The position numbers and the translations under genes were made by a program. 64,000 nucleotides of DNA from assembly GCA_965199675.1 (NCBI GenBank), contig CBDATI010000044.1:2793-66792 (forward strand), written 5' to 3'. This document shows, in pieces, positions 19,687 to 28,484 of this stretch; position 1 is the stretch's first letter, and every line of letters starts with the position of its first letter. The notes below the pieces were generated by a model. It ran no database searches. It was given only the letters and a program-made list of their open reading frames with translations, and was not told the DNA's origin. The DNA is from Vicinamibacterales bacterium (lineage in GTDB: Bacteria > Acidobacteriota > Vicinamibacteria > Vicinamibacterales > UBA8438).

Positions 19687-21657
19687 TCACGGCAGCGCGA
19701 AAGCAATCAGCTCGCCTTGGTGGGTCCCGCCGCCCACGGCCAGCACCAGATACTGCCGTCCGTTCAGCAGGTAGGTCATCGGCGAACCGGTCTGGGCGGC
19801 GGGCAGGTAGACCGCCCCCCGCTCCTCCCCCGTCGCCTTGTCGTAGGCGCGCAGCATGGCCCCGCGCACGCCGGACGGCGTGGTGAACGTCCCGCCCTCA
19901 CCGCTGATGACGAGAGTCTTCGTCGTCAGGGTGCCGATGCCGCCGGAGCTGCCGCCGGCGCCTCCGGTGCGGCCGGTGCGCGGAATGTCGAGGCCGCGCA
20001 GGGCGGGATGGTTGCGCACGAAGTCGGGGGTCTCGCCATGCGCGATCTGCCACACGATCTCCCCGGCGTTCAGATCGATGGCGGTGATGCGACCCCACGG
20101 CGGCTTCATCATCGGCAGGCCCCGCACGGTGGGCGGGCGCAGTCGGCCGCTGACGTAGTCCATGTCCGACCGGGCGGGATCGTTGACGAGGCCTATCGCC
20201 CGGTTGAGGGTGTGGGAGTACAGGTACAGCATGCCGGTCTCGGGATCGAACGAGCCGCCCGGCCAGTTGGCGCCGTTGGGCACGAACAGGGTCGCGAGCA
20301 GGCCGTCCTGCCCTCGCACGATGGGCGGCGTGAACACCGGCCCGGTGCGGTACCGCGACGCGATCTCGAGGGCCTCCGCGTGCAGCTCGGGGGTGAAGTC
20401 GATCAGCTCGTCGAGGGTGAACCCCTGCCGTTCGAACGGCAGCGGCTTCGTGGGGAACGGCTGGGTCGGCGCATACCACTCGCCCGGGACGTTCCCCGCC
20501 GGCACCGGCCGCTCCTCGATGGGCCAGACCGGCTCGCCGGTGACCCGGTCGAACACGTACACCCACCCCTGCTTGGTGGGCTGGGCCACCGCCGCAATCT
20601 CGCGTCCGTCGACGGTGATGTCGACGAGGATCGGCGGACACGGCACGTCGTAGTCCCAGATGGGGTGGTGCACGAACTGGAAGTGCCACAACCGCTCGCC
20701 GGTCTCGAGGTCGACGGCGACGAGGCTCTCCGCGAACAGGTTGTCGCCGGGCCGGTGGCCGCCGTAGTAGTCGCCGGTGGGGATCTCGATCGGGAGGTAG
20801 GCGATGCCGAGCGCCTCGTCGACGGTCAGGTTGGTCCAGATTCCGGTGTTCCCGGTGTAGACGGCCGAGTCGTTCAGCCACGTCTCGCGCCCGAACTGGC
20901 CGGGCCGGGGAATGGTGTGGAAGATCCACCGGCGCTCGCCGGTGCGGGCGTCGTAGCCGCGGATGTAGCCCTTGACGTTCTCACGGCTCGGCGGCGATCC
21001 GCCGGAGCGGTGGGAGGCCCCCACGATGACCACGTCGCGGGCGACGACGGGAGCGCTGTTCCACCCGATCTCGCCGGTCAGGGGATCGATGTACTGGTCG
21101 TTGTCACGCTTGAGGTCGACGATGCCGTCGACGCCGAAATCGGGCACGGGCCGCCCCGTCCGGGCGTCGAGTCCCACGAGCTGATAGCCGATGGTGACCA
21201 GGTAGATGCGCTCGTCGCCCGCGCCGTCGGTCCAGTACGCGACCCCGCGCCCCGACATGCGGCGGATGGCGTTGGTCCCCCGCTGCCCCTCGTCGAGCCG
21301 ATAGACCCACAGCAGCTCGCCGGTGGCCGCGTCCAGCGCCACGACGTTGCGGCGGCTGCCGGCGGTGGCGTAGAGCACACCGTCGACCATCAGGGGCGTG
21401 GCCTGGTAGTTGAAGTCGGGGAACGGCCCGAGGTTGGTGGTGCGGAACCGCCACTGCACCTCGAGGTCGTCGAAGTTGCCGCCGTCGATCTGGTCGAGCG
21501 GCGCGTACCGGGTGCTGCCGAGGTCGCCGCCGTAGGTCCGCCACTCTCCGTCGGCCGCCCCGTGCTGGGCGAAGCTCGTGGGCGCTCCCCCGAGCAGGAC
21601 CATCGCCGCCACCGCCGCAAGCGCCCCCGCGCCGCGCACATTCACCTGTCGTGACAT
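19687..21657 (-). CDS. Exported PQQ-dependent dehydrogenase, glucose-dehydrogenase-like
   Basis: WRTYGGDLGSTRYAPLDQI, QATPL, HHPIWDYDVP, KPPWGRITAIDL. Confidence 0.88.
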   Translation of the reverse strand: MSRQVNVRGAGALAAVAAMVLLGGAPTSFAQHGAADGEWRTYGGDLGSTRYAPLDQIDGGNFDDLEVQWRFRTTNLGPFPDFNYQATPLMVDGVLYATAGSRRNVVALDAATGELLWVYRLDEGQRGTNAIRRMSGRGVAYWTDGAGDERIYLVTIGYQLVGLDARTGRPVPDFGVDGIVDLKRDNDQYIDPLTGEIGWNSAPVVARDVVIVGASHRSGGSPPSRENVKGYIRGYDARTGERRWIFHTIPRPGQFGRETWLNDSAVYTGNTGIWTNLTVDEALGIAYLPIEIPTGDYYGGHRPGDNLFAESLVAVDLETGERLWHFQFVHHPIWDYDVPCPPILVDITVDGREIAAVAQPTKQGWVYVFDRVTGEPVWPIEERPVPAGNVPGEWYAPTQPFPTKPLPFERQGFTLDELIDFTPELHAEALEIASRYRTGPVFTPPIVRGQDGLLATLFVPNGANWPGGSFDPETGMLYLYSHTLNRAIGLVNDPARSDMDYVSGRLRPPTVRGLPMMKPPWGRITAIDLNAGEIVWQIAHGETPDFVRNHPALRGLDIPRTGRTGGAGGSSGGIGTLTTKTLVISGEGGTFTTPSGVRGAMLRAYDKATGEERGAVYLPAAQTGSPMTYLLNGRQYLVLAVGGGTHQGELIAFALP

Positions 21658-21787
21658 AGGTCGGTCTCCCCTCGCTCGGCGATCGTCACTTCTCCGCTGC
21701 TACCATCCCCATGCGGCCCGGTCCTGATCGAGTTCGGGCCGGTTCCGGCAGCGTCAGGTCTTCCACCAGGCGACCTCCCGCCTGAGT

Positions 21788-22231
21788 TCAGGGTCGCGCC
21801 AGCCGGTTGAATGCTCTGGCGACCTGCGGGTGGCCGGCTTCCGCCCTGTGAAAGGCGGCGACCAGCTCACGAAGCGTGTAGACCTCTTCAGCCCAGGCCA
21901 GGACGATCTGCGCGGGTTCCGCCTCCCGAGCCCACATGCGGATCAGGACTCGCTGGCGCGCCGTCGGCCGCTCGGCGCGGATCGCTTCGTAGAACTCCTC
22001 GCTCGTCGGTCGGACTACCCAGCCGCAGCAACTGCTGGCGATGCGGCTCCGGACCGTGGCGCTCCGCTCTCGGATTGCCTCGGGATCGTGGCCCGGCAGG
22101 TACTGCTTGCGGATCCTCTCGTCGGCGCGGCGCCGGCTGAAGGCCTCTGCCGGCGCCAGGACGTCGGGCTCCTCATCGCGGTGGATCGCCTTCGCGCGCC
22201 GACGCAGCACACGCCACTCGTCGAGCGTCAT
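21788..22231 (-). CDS. Hypothetical protein
   Basis: Open frame with GC3-rich codons from MTLDEW; no family recognised. Confidence 0.5.
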   Translation of the reverse strand: MTLDEWRVLRRRAKAIHRDEEPDVLAPAEAFSRRRADERIRKQYLPGHDPEAIRERSATVRSRIASSCCGWVVRPTSEEFYEAIRAERPTARQRVLIRMWAREAEPAQIVLAWAEEVYTLRELVAAFHRAEAGHPQVARAFNRLARP

Positions 22232-22311
22232 CGCAGTCTCGATCGCCGAACTCGCCCGCGACCGCCTCGCCGTGAGTCGGCAAGGGGAGCGCGGAGTGCT
22301 GCCAGGTCCCA

Positions 22312-22473
22312 TCAGCGGCTCCGCGACTCGCTCACCTTCCGGTTGAGCGCCTTGATCTTCTTGTCAGCCTCCACCTTCGTGTACCGCCGCTGGCACCACG
22401 TCTTGATGTGTGAGCCGTCGAACCCCTGGTCGTCGAGGGCATCGGCGACGGCGTCGTCATCCGCGGTACTCAC
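22312..22473 (-). CDS. Small hypothetical protein or gene fragment (53 aa)
   Basis: GTG-start MSTADDDAVADALDDQGFDGSHIKTWCQRRYTKVEADKKIKALNRKVSESRSR*, with host-like codon usage. Confidence 0.35.
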   Translation of the reverse strand: MSTADDDAVADALDDQGFDGSHIKTWCQRRYTKVEADKKIKALNRKVSESRSR

Positions 22474-22746
22474 GCCGAGGTGCGGATCCCTGCGGTCCGC
22501 AGCGCCCCGCAGGGCGCATCACATCCAGCCCGGGGCGATGTCGTCAGTTGCCGTCGGCGGCGTCCGGCCACCGCTGGCGACCGGTCGGCTTCCGCTTCCC
22601 GGCGCCTCCCGGTAGCCTACCGCAGCGGCGCCGCGACGGCACGTTGATTCCGCCACGCCGGTCCACTACGATAGAGTTCCAAGGCGGTCCGGCGCACCCG
22701 TGTCCGCCCCGACCCCACATCGCCGCCTCGTGAGGAGACCGACCTG

Positions 22747-24171
22747 ATGCCTGCATCGAGCTGCCGTTGGTTCGCGGCCGGCCTGACCGCCGCCGCCATC
22801 GCCCTGACCGCCGCGCCGGCCGCGGCCCAGACCAGCAGCGAGGCGGACGCCGTCACCTACCACCGGGACATCGCGCCCATCTTCGAGCGGAGCTGCCAGC
22901 ACTGCCACCGCCCCGAGTCGGTGGCGCCGATGTCGCTGCTGACCTACGAGGACGTGCGGCCCTGGGCGCGGTCCATCAAGTACCGCACCGGGCGGGTCGG
23001 CAAGCCGGACGTGATGCCGCCGTGGTACATCGAGAAGGATGTCGGCATCCAGGACTACAAGGGCGACATCTCGTTGAGCACCGACGAGATCGCGCTCGTC
23101 GCGGCGTGGGTCGACAGCGGCGCCCCGCGCGGCGAGCCCGTCGACCGTCCCGCCGTGACCCGCGTCGTCGACGCGTCGGGCTGGCAGATCGGCGAGCCGG
23201 ACCTCATCGTTCGGTCCCCGGAGGTCGAGGTTCCGGCGACAGCCCCCGACTGGTGGGGACCGATGGGCGAAACCGAGACCGGCCTCACCGAGGACCGCTA
23301 CGTCTCGGCCATCGAGATGCGCGAGTTGAGCACCTACGAGGGGCCGCCCGAGCGCGACACCATCGGTGGGCTCTACGTCATCCACCACCTCGTCATGCTG
23401 CCGGTCGGCCCGGACGGCAGGCCGGTCGACGAGGCCGGCTTCTGGCCGGTCCACGAAGTGGGCCGCAACCCCGACGTCTTCCACCCCGACGCCGGCAAAC
23501 TGCTGAAGGCGGGCTCGAAGGTCCTCTTCCCCTCCGCCCACCTGCACTCGAACGGACGCCACACCCGCGCGCAGCTCGAGATCGGGTTCAAGTTCCACCC
23601 CGAGGGGTACGAGCCATCGCGGACGGTGCAGATCATCGGTCCCGCCACCGTCGAGCTCGACATCCGGCCGATGGAGGCCAACCAGAAGTTCGAGGCGTTC
23701 AGCACCCTGATGGAGCACACCAAGATGATGGTGTACGAGCCGCACATGCACGCGGCGGGGGTGCGGATGTGCCTCGACGCGATCTGGCAGAACAACGTCG
23801 AGACCCTGAGCTGCGCTGGCTACAACCACAACTGGGTGCGGGTGTACACCTTCGAGGACGACGCGGCGCCGCTGCTGCCGCGGGGCACCATCCTCCGCAT
23901 CAGGGGCTACTTCGACAACACCCCGACCAACCCCAACGTCTCCGATCCGCGGAACTGGTCGGGCCTCGGCCACCGCTCGATCGACAACATGATGATCAAC
24001 ATCGGCCAAGCGGTGTCGCTGACCGACCAGGAGTTCGCGGACGAGATGGCGGCGCGGCGCGACCGCCTCGGGCTCGCCCCTGGAGAGACGGTCATCGGGT
24101 GCCCGCTGTGCGGCTACCCCGATCCGTCCGAGCTGGTGCCGGCCGGGGCCGCCGACACCGAGGGCCAGTAG
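22747..24171 (+). CDS. Exported c-type cytochrome fused to a copper type II (PHM/DBH-like) monooxygenase (copy 1)
   Basis: Signal peptide; CQHCH and MPPW; VIHHLV, AHLH, PHMH, DNMM. Confidence 0.8.
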   Translation: MPASSCRWFAAGLTAAAIALTAAPAAAQTSSEADAVTYHRDIAPIFERSCQHCHRPESVAPMSLLTYEDVRPWARSIKYRTGRVGKPDVMPPWYIEKDVGIQDYKGDISLSTDEIALVAAWVDSGAPRGEPVDRPAVTRVVDASGWQIGEPDLIVRSPEVEVPATAPDWWGPMGETETGLTEDRYVSAIEMRELSTYEGPPERDTIGGLYVIHHLVMLPVGPDGRPVDEAGFWPVHEVGRNPDVFHPDAGKLLKAGSKVLFPSAHLHSNGRHTRAQLEIGFKFHPEGYEPSRTVQIIGPATVELDIRPMEANQKFEAFSTLMEHTKMMVYEPHMHAAGVRMCLDAIWQNNVETLSCAGYNHNWVRVYTFEDDAAPLLPRGTILRIRGYFDNTPTNPNVSDPRNWSGLGHRSIDNMMINIGQAVSLTDQEFADEMAARRDRLGLAPGETVIGCPLCGYPDPSELVPAGAADTEGQ

Positions 24172-24173
24172 CC

Positions 24174-25124
24174 ATGGCGAGCACGACGCAGACGCAGAAG
24201 CCGCGGGGGGCGGGAGCGGCCGTCGGCTCCGTCGCCCTGCTGGCCGCGACCATCGTCGCCACCCCGGTCACGGTTTCTGCGCAGAATCCGGCCGAGGCCG
24301 AGGACCGGTCGGGGCGCGAGCTCAGCATCTCGCCCGCCTACGAAGGCTGGGAGAGGAACGACGACGGTTCGTTCAACCTGGTCTTCGGCTACATGAATCG
24401 AAGCTGGGACCCGGCCGAGATCCCCATCGGCCTCGACAACCGGATCGAGCCGGGCAACCCGGACCGCGGCCAGCCGACGCGATTCCAGCCGCGGCGGAAC
24501 CGGCACGTCTTCCGCATCCACGTCCCGGCCGACTTCGGCGATCAGGAGCTGGTGTGGACGCTCGTCCGCCGCGGCGAGATCGAGCGCGCCTACGCGACCC
24601 TGCATCCCGACTACTTCCTCGACGACATCGCGATCATGAACAACAACGGCGCCGGCGGGCCGGCCGGCGGCGCCTACAACATCTTCGGCAACCGGCGGCC
24701 GGAGCTGACAGTCGACGACCTGTCGGTGCGCCGCACCACCGTCGGCGACCCCGTCGTCCTGCAGGCGCGCGCCACCGATGACGGCGTCCCCAGAACACGG
24801 AACATGCCCGCCCCGCGCATCGGCGCCACCCGCATCGGCGCCGGCACCCCGAACAGCGCGAGCGGCCTGCGCGTGGCCTGGATCGTCTACCGCGGGCCGG
24901 GCGCGGTCACCTTCGACCCGCCGCAGTTCAAGGTCTGGGAGGACTATCGAGCCGGCGCCGACTCGCCGTGGGCGCCGGGCTGGAAGACGCCGGAGCCGCC
25001 CGAGGACGGGACGTGGGTCGTCGAGGCGACCTTCCACCGGCCCGGCCGCTACGTGCTGCGCGCTCTCGCCCACGACGGCGGCCTCTCGACGCACCAGGAC
25101 GTGACCGTGGCGGTCGGCCCGTAG
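24174..25124 (+). CDS. Exported partner protein with C-terminal Ig/PKD-like domain (copy 1)
   Basis: PAYEGWERNDDGSFNLVFGYMNR, DRGQPTRFQPRR, ATFHRPGRYVLRALAHDG; starts 2 nt after the upstream stop. Confidence 0.8.
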   Translation: MASTTQTQKPRGAGAAVGSVALLAATIVATPVTVSAQNPAEAEDRSGRELSISPAYEGWERNDDGSFNLVFGYMNRSWDPAEIPIGLDNRIEPGNPDRGQPTRFQPRRNRHVFRIHVPADFGDQELVWTLVRRGEIERAYATLHPDYFLDDIAIMNNNGAGGPAGGAYNIFGNRRPELTVDDLSVRRTTVGDPVVLQARATDDGVPRTRNMPAPRIGATRIGAGTPNSASGLRVAWIVYRGPGAVTFDPPQFKVWEDYRAGADSPWAPGWKTPEPPEDGTWVVEATFHRPGRYVLRALAHDGGLSTHQDVTVAVGP

Positions 25125-25455
25125 GGGCCGGGCAGCTTCTGTCAAACCGTCGCTCGAAAGCGCGGGAAATCCGACGGTGAACTGCAGCCGAAACATATTG
25201 GAGGCGTCACCGACCGCAGGAGCCCGTGTGGACAAGCGAGCGCGGAGTCGGCATCGAGGCCGTGAGCCAGCAGAAGCGCAGGGCGAAGCACTCTGACACG
25301 AGGGAGTACCGCAGCACCATCCGCACCGCCGATTCCCACCACCGCTACTGGTCAACATGAACAGACATGAACATGACCAGCAGACGGCTTCATTTCGATC
25401 GCCGATCCCTGACGAACCACAAACCCAGGCGCCGGCTGCCGGCACAACCCGCCCA

Positions 25456-26133
25456 TCAGAAGAACAGCAGCACGTCCTCTTCCACCTCGCCGATGACGAC
25501 GCTCGTATCGGTCACGTCGGTCACTCGGAAGCGGTAGAGGCCGCGCGGAGCGGGGCCGCCGAGGCGGCGGCCGTCGGCGGCCGCGAACGCGCTGTTGTGG
25601 CAGGGGCAGAGGTACACCGGGCTGTCCACCGGTCCGGTCTCGGCAATCACGTCGGGATGCAGATCGGCGGGATCGCCGACGAAGTCGACCTCGCACTGCT
25701 CGTGGGGACAGACCGCGCAGACGGCGCGGAAGCGATCGGGGGCGTCGTCGGCGTCCGAGATGCGCGTCACGAAACCGGTCACGCGGATCGGCCGATCGGG
25801 GTTCGCCGCCGTCGGCAGCGACACCGCGCGGGCCTGGAACCGCCGCGCGCGACCGGGGGCGGCGAGCACGCCACGCGGCACGAGCACCGGCCGGGGCAGC
25901 GGGTGGTAGCGCAGGAAACGCCGGCCCTGGGCGCGCAGGCGGCGGCCGACGCTGGCGAGGACGAGGGCGACGCTGCCGAGGAACGTCCGGCGGGCCAAGC
26001 GCTTGTCAGGCGCCTTCTTCGCGGGGTGCTGCGCAGGCGGTGCGGGGTGCTGCGCAGGCGGTTCACTCTCCCCGGCCCAGCGCGTGTGTTTGCCGGCCAA
26101 GCGAGCGTTCCCGCGACGTGCTCCCGAGATCAT
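25456..26133 (-). CDS. Rieske [2Fe-2S] protein with Tat-like signal
   Basis: RRTFLG; CPHEQC and CPCHNS boxes; ATGA overlap with the upstream diheme gene. Confidence 0.85.
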   Translation of the reverse strand: MISGARRGNARLAGKHTRWAGESEPPAQHPAPPAQHPAKKAPDKRLARRTFLGSVALVLASVGRRLRAQGRRFLRYHPLPRPVLVPRGVLAAPGRARRFQARAVSLPTAANPDRPIRVTGFVTRISDADDAPDRFRAVCAVCPHEQCEVDFVGDPADLHPDVIAETGPVDSPVYLCPCHNSAFAAADGRRLGGPAPRGLYRFRVTDVTDTSVVIGEVEEDVLLFF

Positions 26134-26936
26134 GGGGCGACCTGCCCCTGCACCCATGCGGCCAGCGCCTGCCACTCGTCGGCGTCCTGCGACTCCCAGT
26201 GCTTGCCGCCCGCGTGCCAGCGGCTGCCCCCGGCCTCCTCGACCAGCGGGTTCACCAGCAGCACGCTCGCCATCGGCGACCCCGGCACAACCAGCCGCTG
26301 CACCCGCTCGAAGTTGCGGAACGACTGCTCCTCGCCCCACGTCTCCCGGCCCGGCGGCAGCGGCTCCAGAAACGCGTTGCCGCCCCCCGTCGAGTGGCAG
26401 ACGACGCAGCGGGCGTTGCCGGGGCGGCGGTTCAGGAAGACCGGCTCCACGTGGTCGCGGTAGAAGCCGAAGTCGAGGGCGATCGAGGTCGAGTTGACCC
26501 AGCGCGCCAGCGCCTGCCACTCGTCGGCGTCCTGCGACTCCCAGTGCTTGCCGCCCGCGTGCCAGCGGCTGCCCCCGGCCTCCTCGGCTAGCGGGTTCAC
26601 CAGCAGCACGCTCGCCATCGGCGCCCCCGGCACAACCAGCCGCTGCACCCGCTCGAAGTTGCGGAACGACTGCTCCTCGTCCCACGTCTCCCGGCCCGGC
26701 GGCAGCGGCTCCAGAAACGCGTTGCCGCCCCCCGTCGAGTGGCAGACGACGCAGCGGGCATTGCCGGGGCGGCGATTCAGAAAGACCGGCTCCACCGTCT
26801 CGAGGTAGAGGTCGAAGTCGAGGCCGAGCAGCGTCTCGCCGGCGGCGGGCGGCTGCGCGGCAACCGGCGCCGGGGCCAGAGCGACGACAGCGGCAAGCAT
26901 GATGACGCCTGCCATGAAAGACGTCCGTGCGAACAT
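26130..26936 (-). CDS. Exported diheme c-type cytochrome made of two near-identical domains
   Basis: Signal peptide; ARCVVCHS occurs twice, 115 aa apart. Confidence 0.8.
   Translation of the reverse strand: MFARTSFMAGVIMLAAVVALAPAPVAAQPPAAGETLLGLDFDLYLETVEPVFLNRRPGNARCVVCHSTGGGNAFLEPLPPGRETWDEEQSFRNFERVQRLVVPGAPMASVLLVNPLAEEAGGSRWHAGGKHWESQDADEWQALARWVNSTSIALDFGFYRDHVEPVFLNRRPGNARCVVCHSTGGGNAFLEPLPPGRETWGEEQSFRNFERVQRLVVPGSPMASVLLVNPLVEEAGGSRWHAGGKHWESQDADEWQALAAWVQGQVAP
26161..26825. repeat. Intragenic tandem duplication, period 345 bp
   Basis: 26161-26450 versus 26506-26795 differ at about 7 positions by eye; similarity extends to about 26480 and 26825. Confidence 0.9.
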
Positions 26937-27160
26937 GACGCGAACTCTCCTTCCGAACACCACAGACCGGCGCGGGAGGGCGACGGCCGGAGCCTTGGAC
27001 CCGACCGGCGCCGGAAGCGACGGATCGAACCTCGAACGACCCGCCCCGGCGACGGGCCTCCAGCCAGACCCGGCCCTGTCGAGTCGCTTGCAACTACCCC
27101 GCCGTCAACGCCGGGCAGCCGGGCGGTGACGTTCCGCTTCGGCACCGTGGCCGAGGCTCG

Positions 27161-28243
27161 CTATTGTCCCACCGGCAGCCCCGGCAGCCGGGCGGTGATG
27201 TTCCGCTTCGGCACCTGTCCGACCTGGATCACCTCGACCTCCTCGCGCGCCGCGACGTCGACCACCGAGACGGTGTTCGAGTGCGCGTTGGCCACGTAGA
27301 GGTACTTGCTGTCGGGGGTGAACGTCAGCCAGTCGGGCACCACGCCCACCTTGACGCCGCCGAGGAACTCGAGGTCGGGCAGCGCGTAGGCGTAGACACT
27401 GCCGTTGATCTTGCTGGTCGACCAGATGGTCGCGCCGTCCGGCGTGATCTTGATGCCGTGGGCCGGCGCCCCCTGGATGCCGTAGGTGTTGCGCTCGGCC
27501 ACGGGGATGTCCGGCTGGACGATGCGGCGCACCTCGCGGCGCTTCTCCCAGTCGACCACCGCGAACCCGTGCAGGTTGGAGATCTGCACGTACATGTTCT
27601 TCGTCGACCCGTCGGGGTTGGTGTCGAAGGTGAACGGCCGCACGCCGCCCTCGAAGTGGAACGCGAAGACGGGCCGTTCGAGCTCGGTGTCGATGACCGT
27701 CGCGCTCGATCCGCCGATGGAGCCGGCGACGACGTACCGGCTGTCGGGGGTCATGAACGTGTTGTGCACGCCGCGCAGGATGCGGATGAAGTCGACATGC
27801 TCCTCGGTCACGGTGTCGATGATGTCGACGCCGCCCCCCACGCCCCGGATGGCCACGTAGAGCCGCTCGCCGTTCTCGTGGATGGCGACGTTGTTCGGCC
27901 GCCCGCTCAGGGGAATCGACTTGCGGACCTCGAGGGTCTTGGTGTCGACGATGTCGAGGGCGTGGGTCGACTCGTTGCTCAGATAGATGCGGCCGCCGTC
28001 GGGCGCCGCCGCCACGCCGTGGATGACTTCGACCCCGGTGATCTCGGCGACGATGTCGTTCGTCGCCGGATCGATGACGTGCACGTTGTCGCCGGCGGCG
28101 TTGGTCTGGACGATGTAGACGTCGTCGTCGTTCGCGACCGCCGCGGCGGGCGGCAGCAGGACGGCGGCGACGGCGAGAGCGGTCAGAACGCGCAGCGGGC
28201 GGACCGGGCGACGGCCACGCGCGCGCGGAGCGGCGGATGTCAT
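27161..28243 (-). CDS. Exported YVTN/YncE-like beta-propeller protein
   Basis: Signal peptide; repeated PDG...YV.N...VSVVD blades. Confidence 0.85.
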   Translation of the reverse strand: MTSAAPRARGRRPVRPLRVLTALAVAAVLLPPAAAVANDDDVYIVQTNAAGDNVHVIDPATNDIVAEITGVEVIHGVAAAPDGGRIYLSNESTHALDIVDTKTLEVRKSIPLSGRPNNVAIHENGERLYVAIRGVGGGVDIIDTVTEEHVDFIRILRGVHNTFMTPDSRYVVAGSIGGSSATVIDTELERPVFAFHFEGGVRPFTFDTNPDGSTKNMYVQISNLHGFAVVDWEKRREVRRIVQPDIPVAERNTYGIQGAPAHGIKITPDGATIWSTSKINGSVYAYALPDLEFLGGVKVGVVPDWLTFTPDSKYLYVANAHSNTVSVVDVAAREEVEVIQVGQVPKRNITARLPGLPVGQ

Positions 28244-28484
28244 GGGCGAGCCTCCTCGCAGGGACTCTAGCGCGCCGCCGCGTGAACCGTCAACCGCGGC
28301 AGCACCCGCCGGCCCCGCCCCTCGCGGGCGCGGCCGACGGTCCGGACGCGCCCGCCCCGAGCCCCTGGAGCAGCGCCCGTCGGTCCGGTCGGCGCCGAGC
28401 GCGCTCGAATGAAACGAGCGCTCGTGAGTGGTTCGACTGCGCCCGTTCGCCCGGCTGCATGCCCTTGCAGGAGTCGGCGTCGCT

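Noticed and set aside
24107-24118. CPLC near the C-terminus of monooxygenase copy 1 as a second heme site
   Set aside because: Followed by Gly, not His, and absent from copy 2.
22767-24173. N-terminal extension of the partner ORF (785 aa)
   Set aside because: Off-frame overlap with the monooxygenase; the paralog at 47659 confirms the short form.
25125-25455. Short ORFs and lower-GC sequence between cassette 1 and the Rieske gene
   Set aside because: No coding bias or motif that I can support.
25456-27093. 545-aa ORF suggesting a long Rieske fusion
   Set aside because: The N-terminal 320 aa are an alternate frame of the diheme gene; an ATGA-coupled start exists at 26133.
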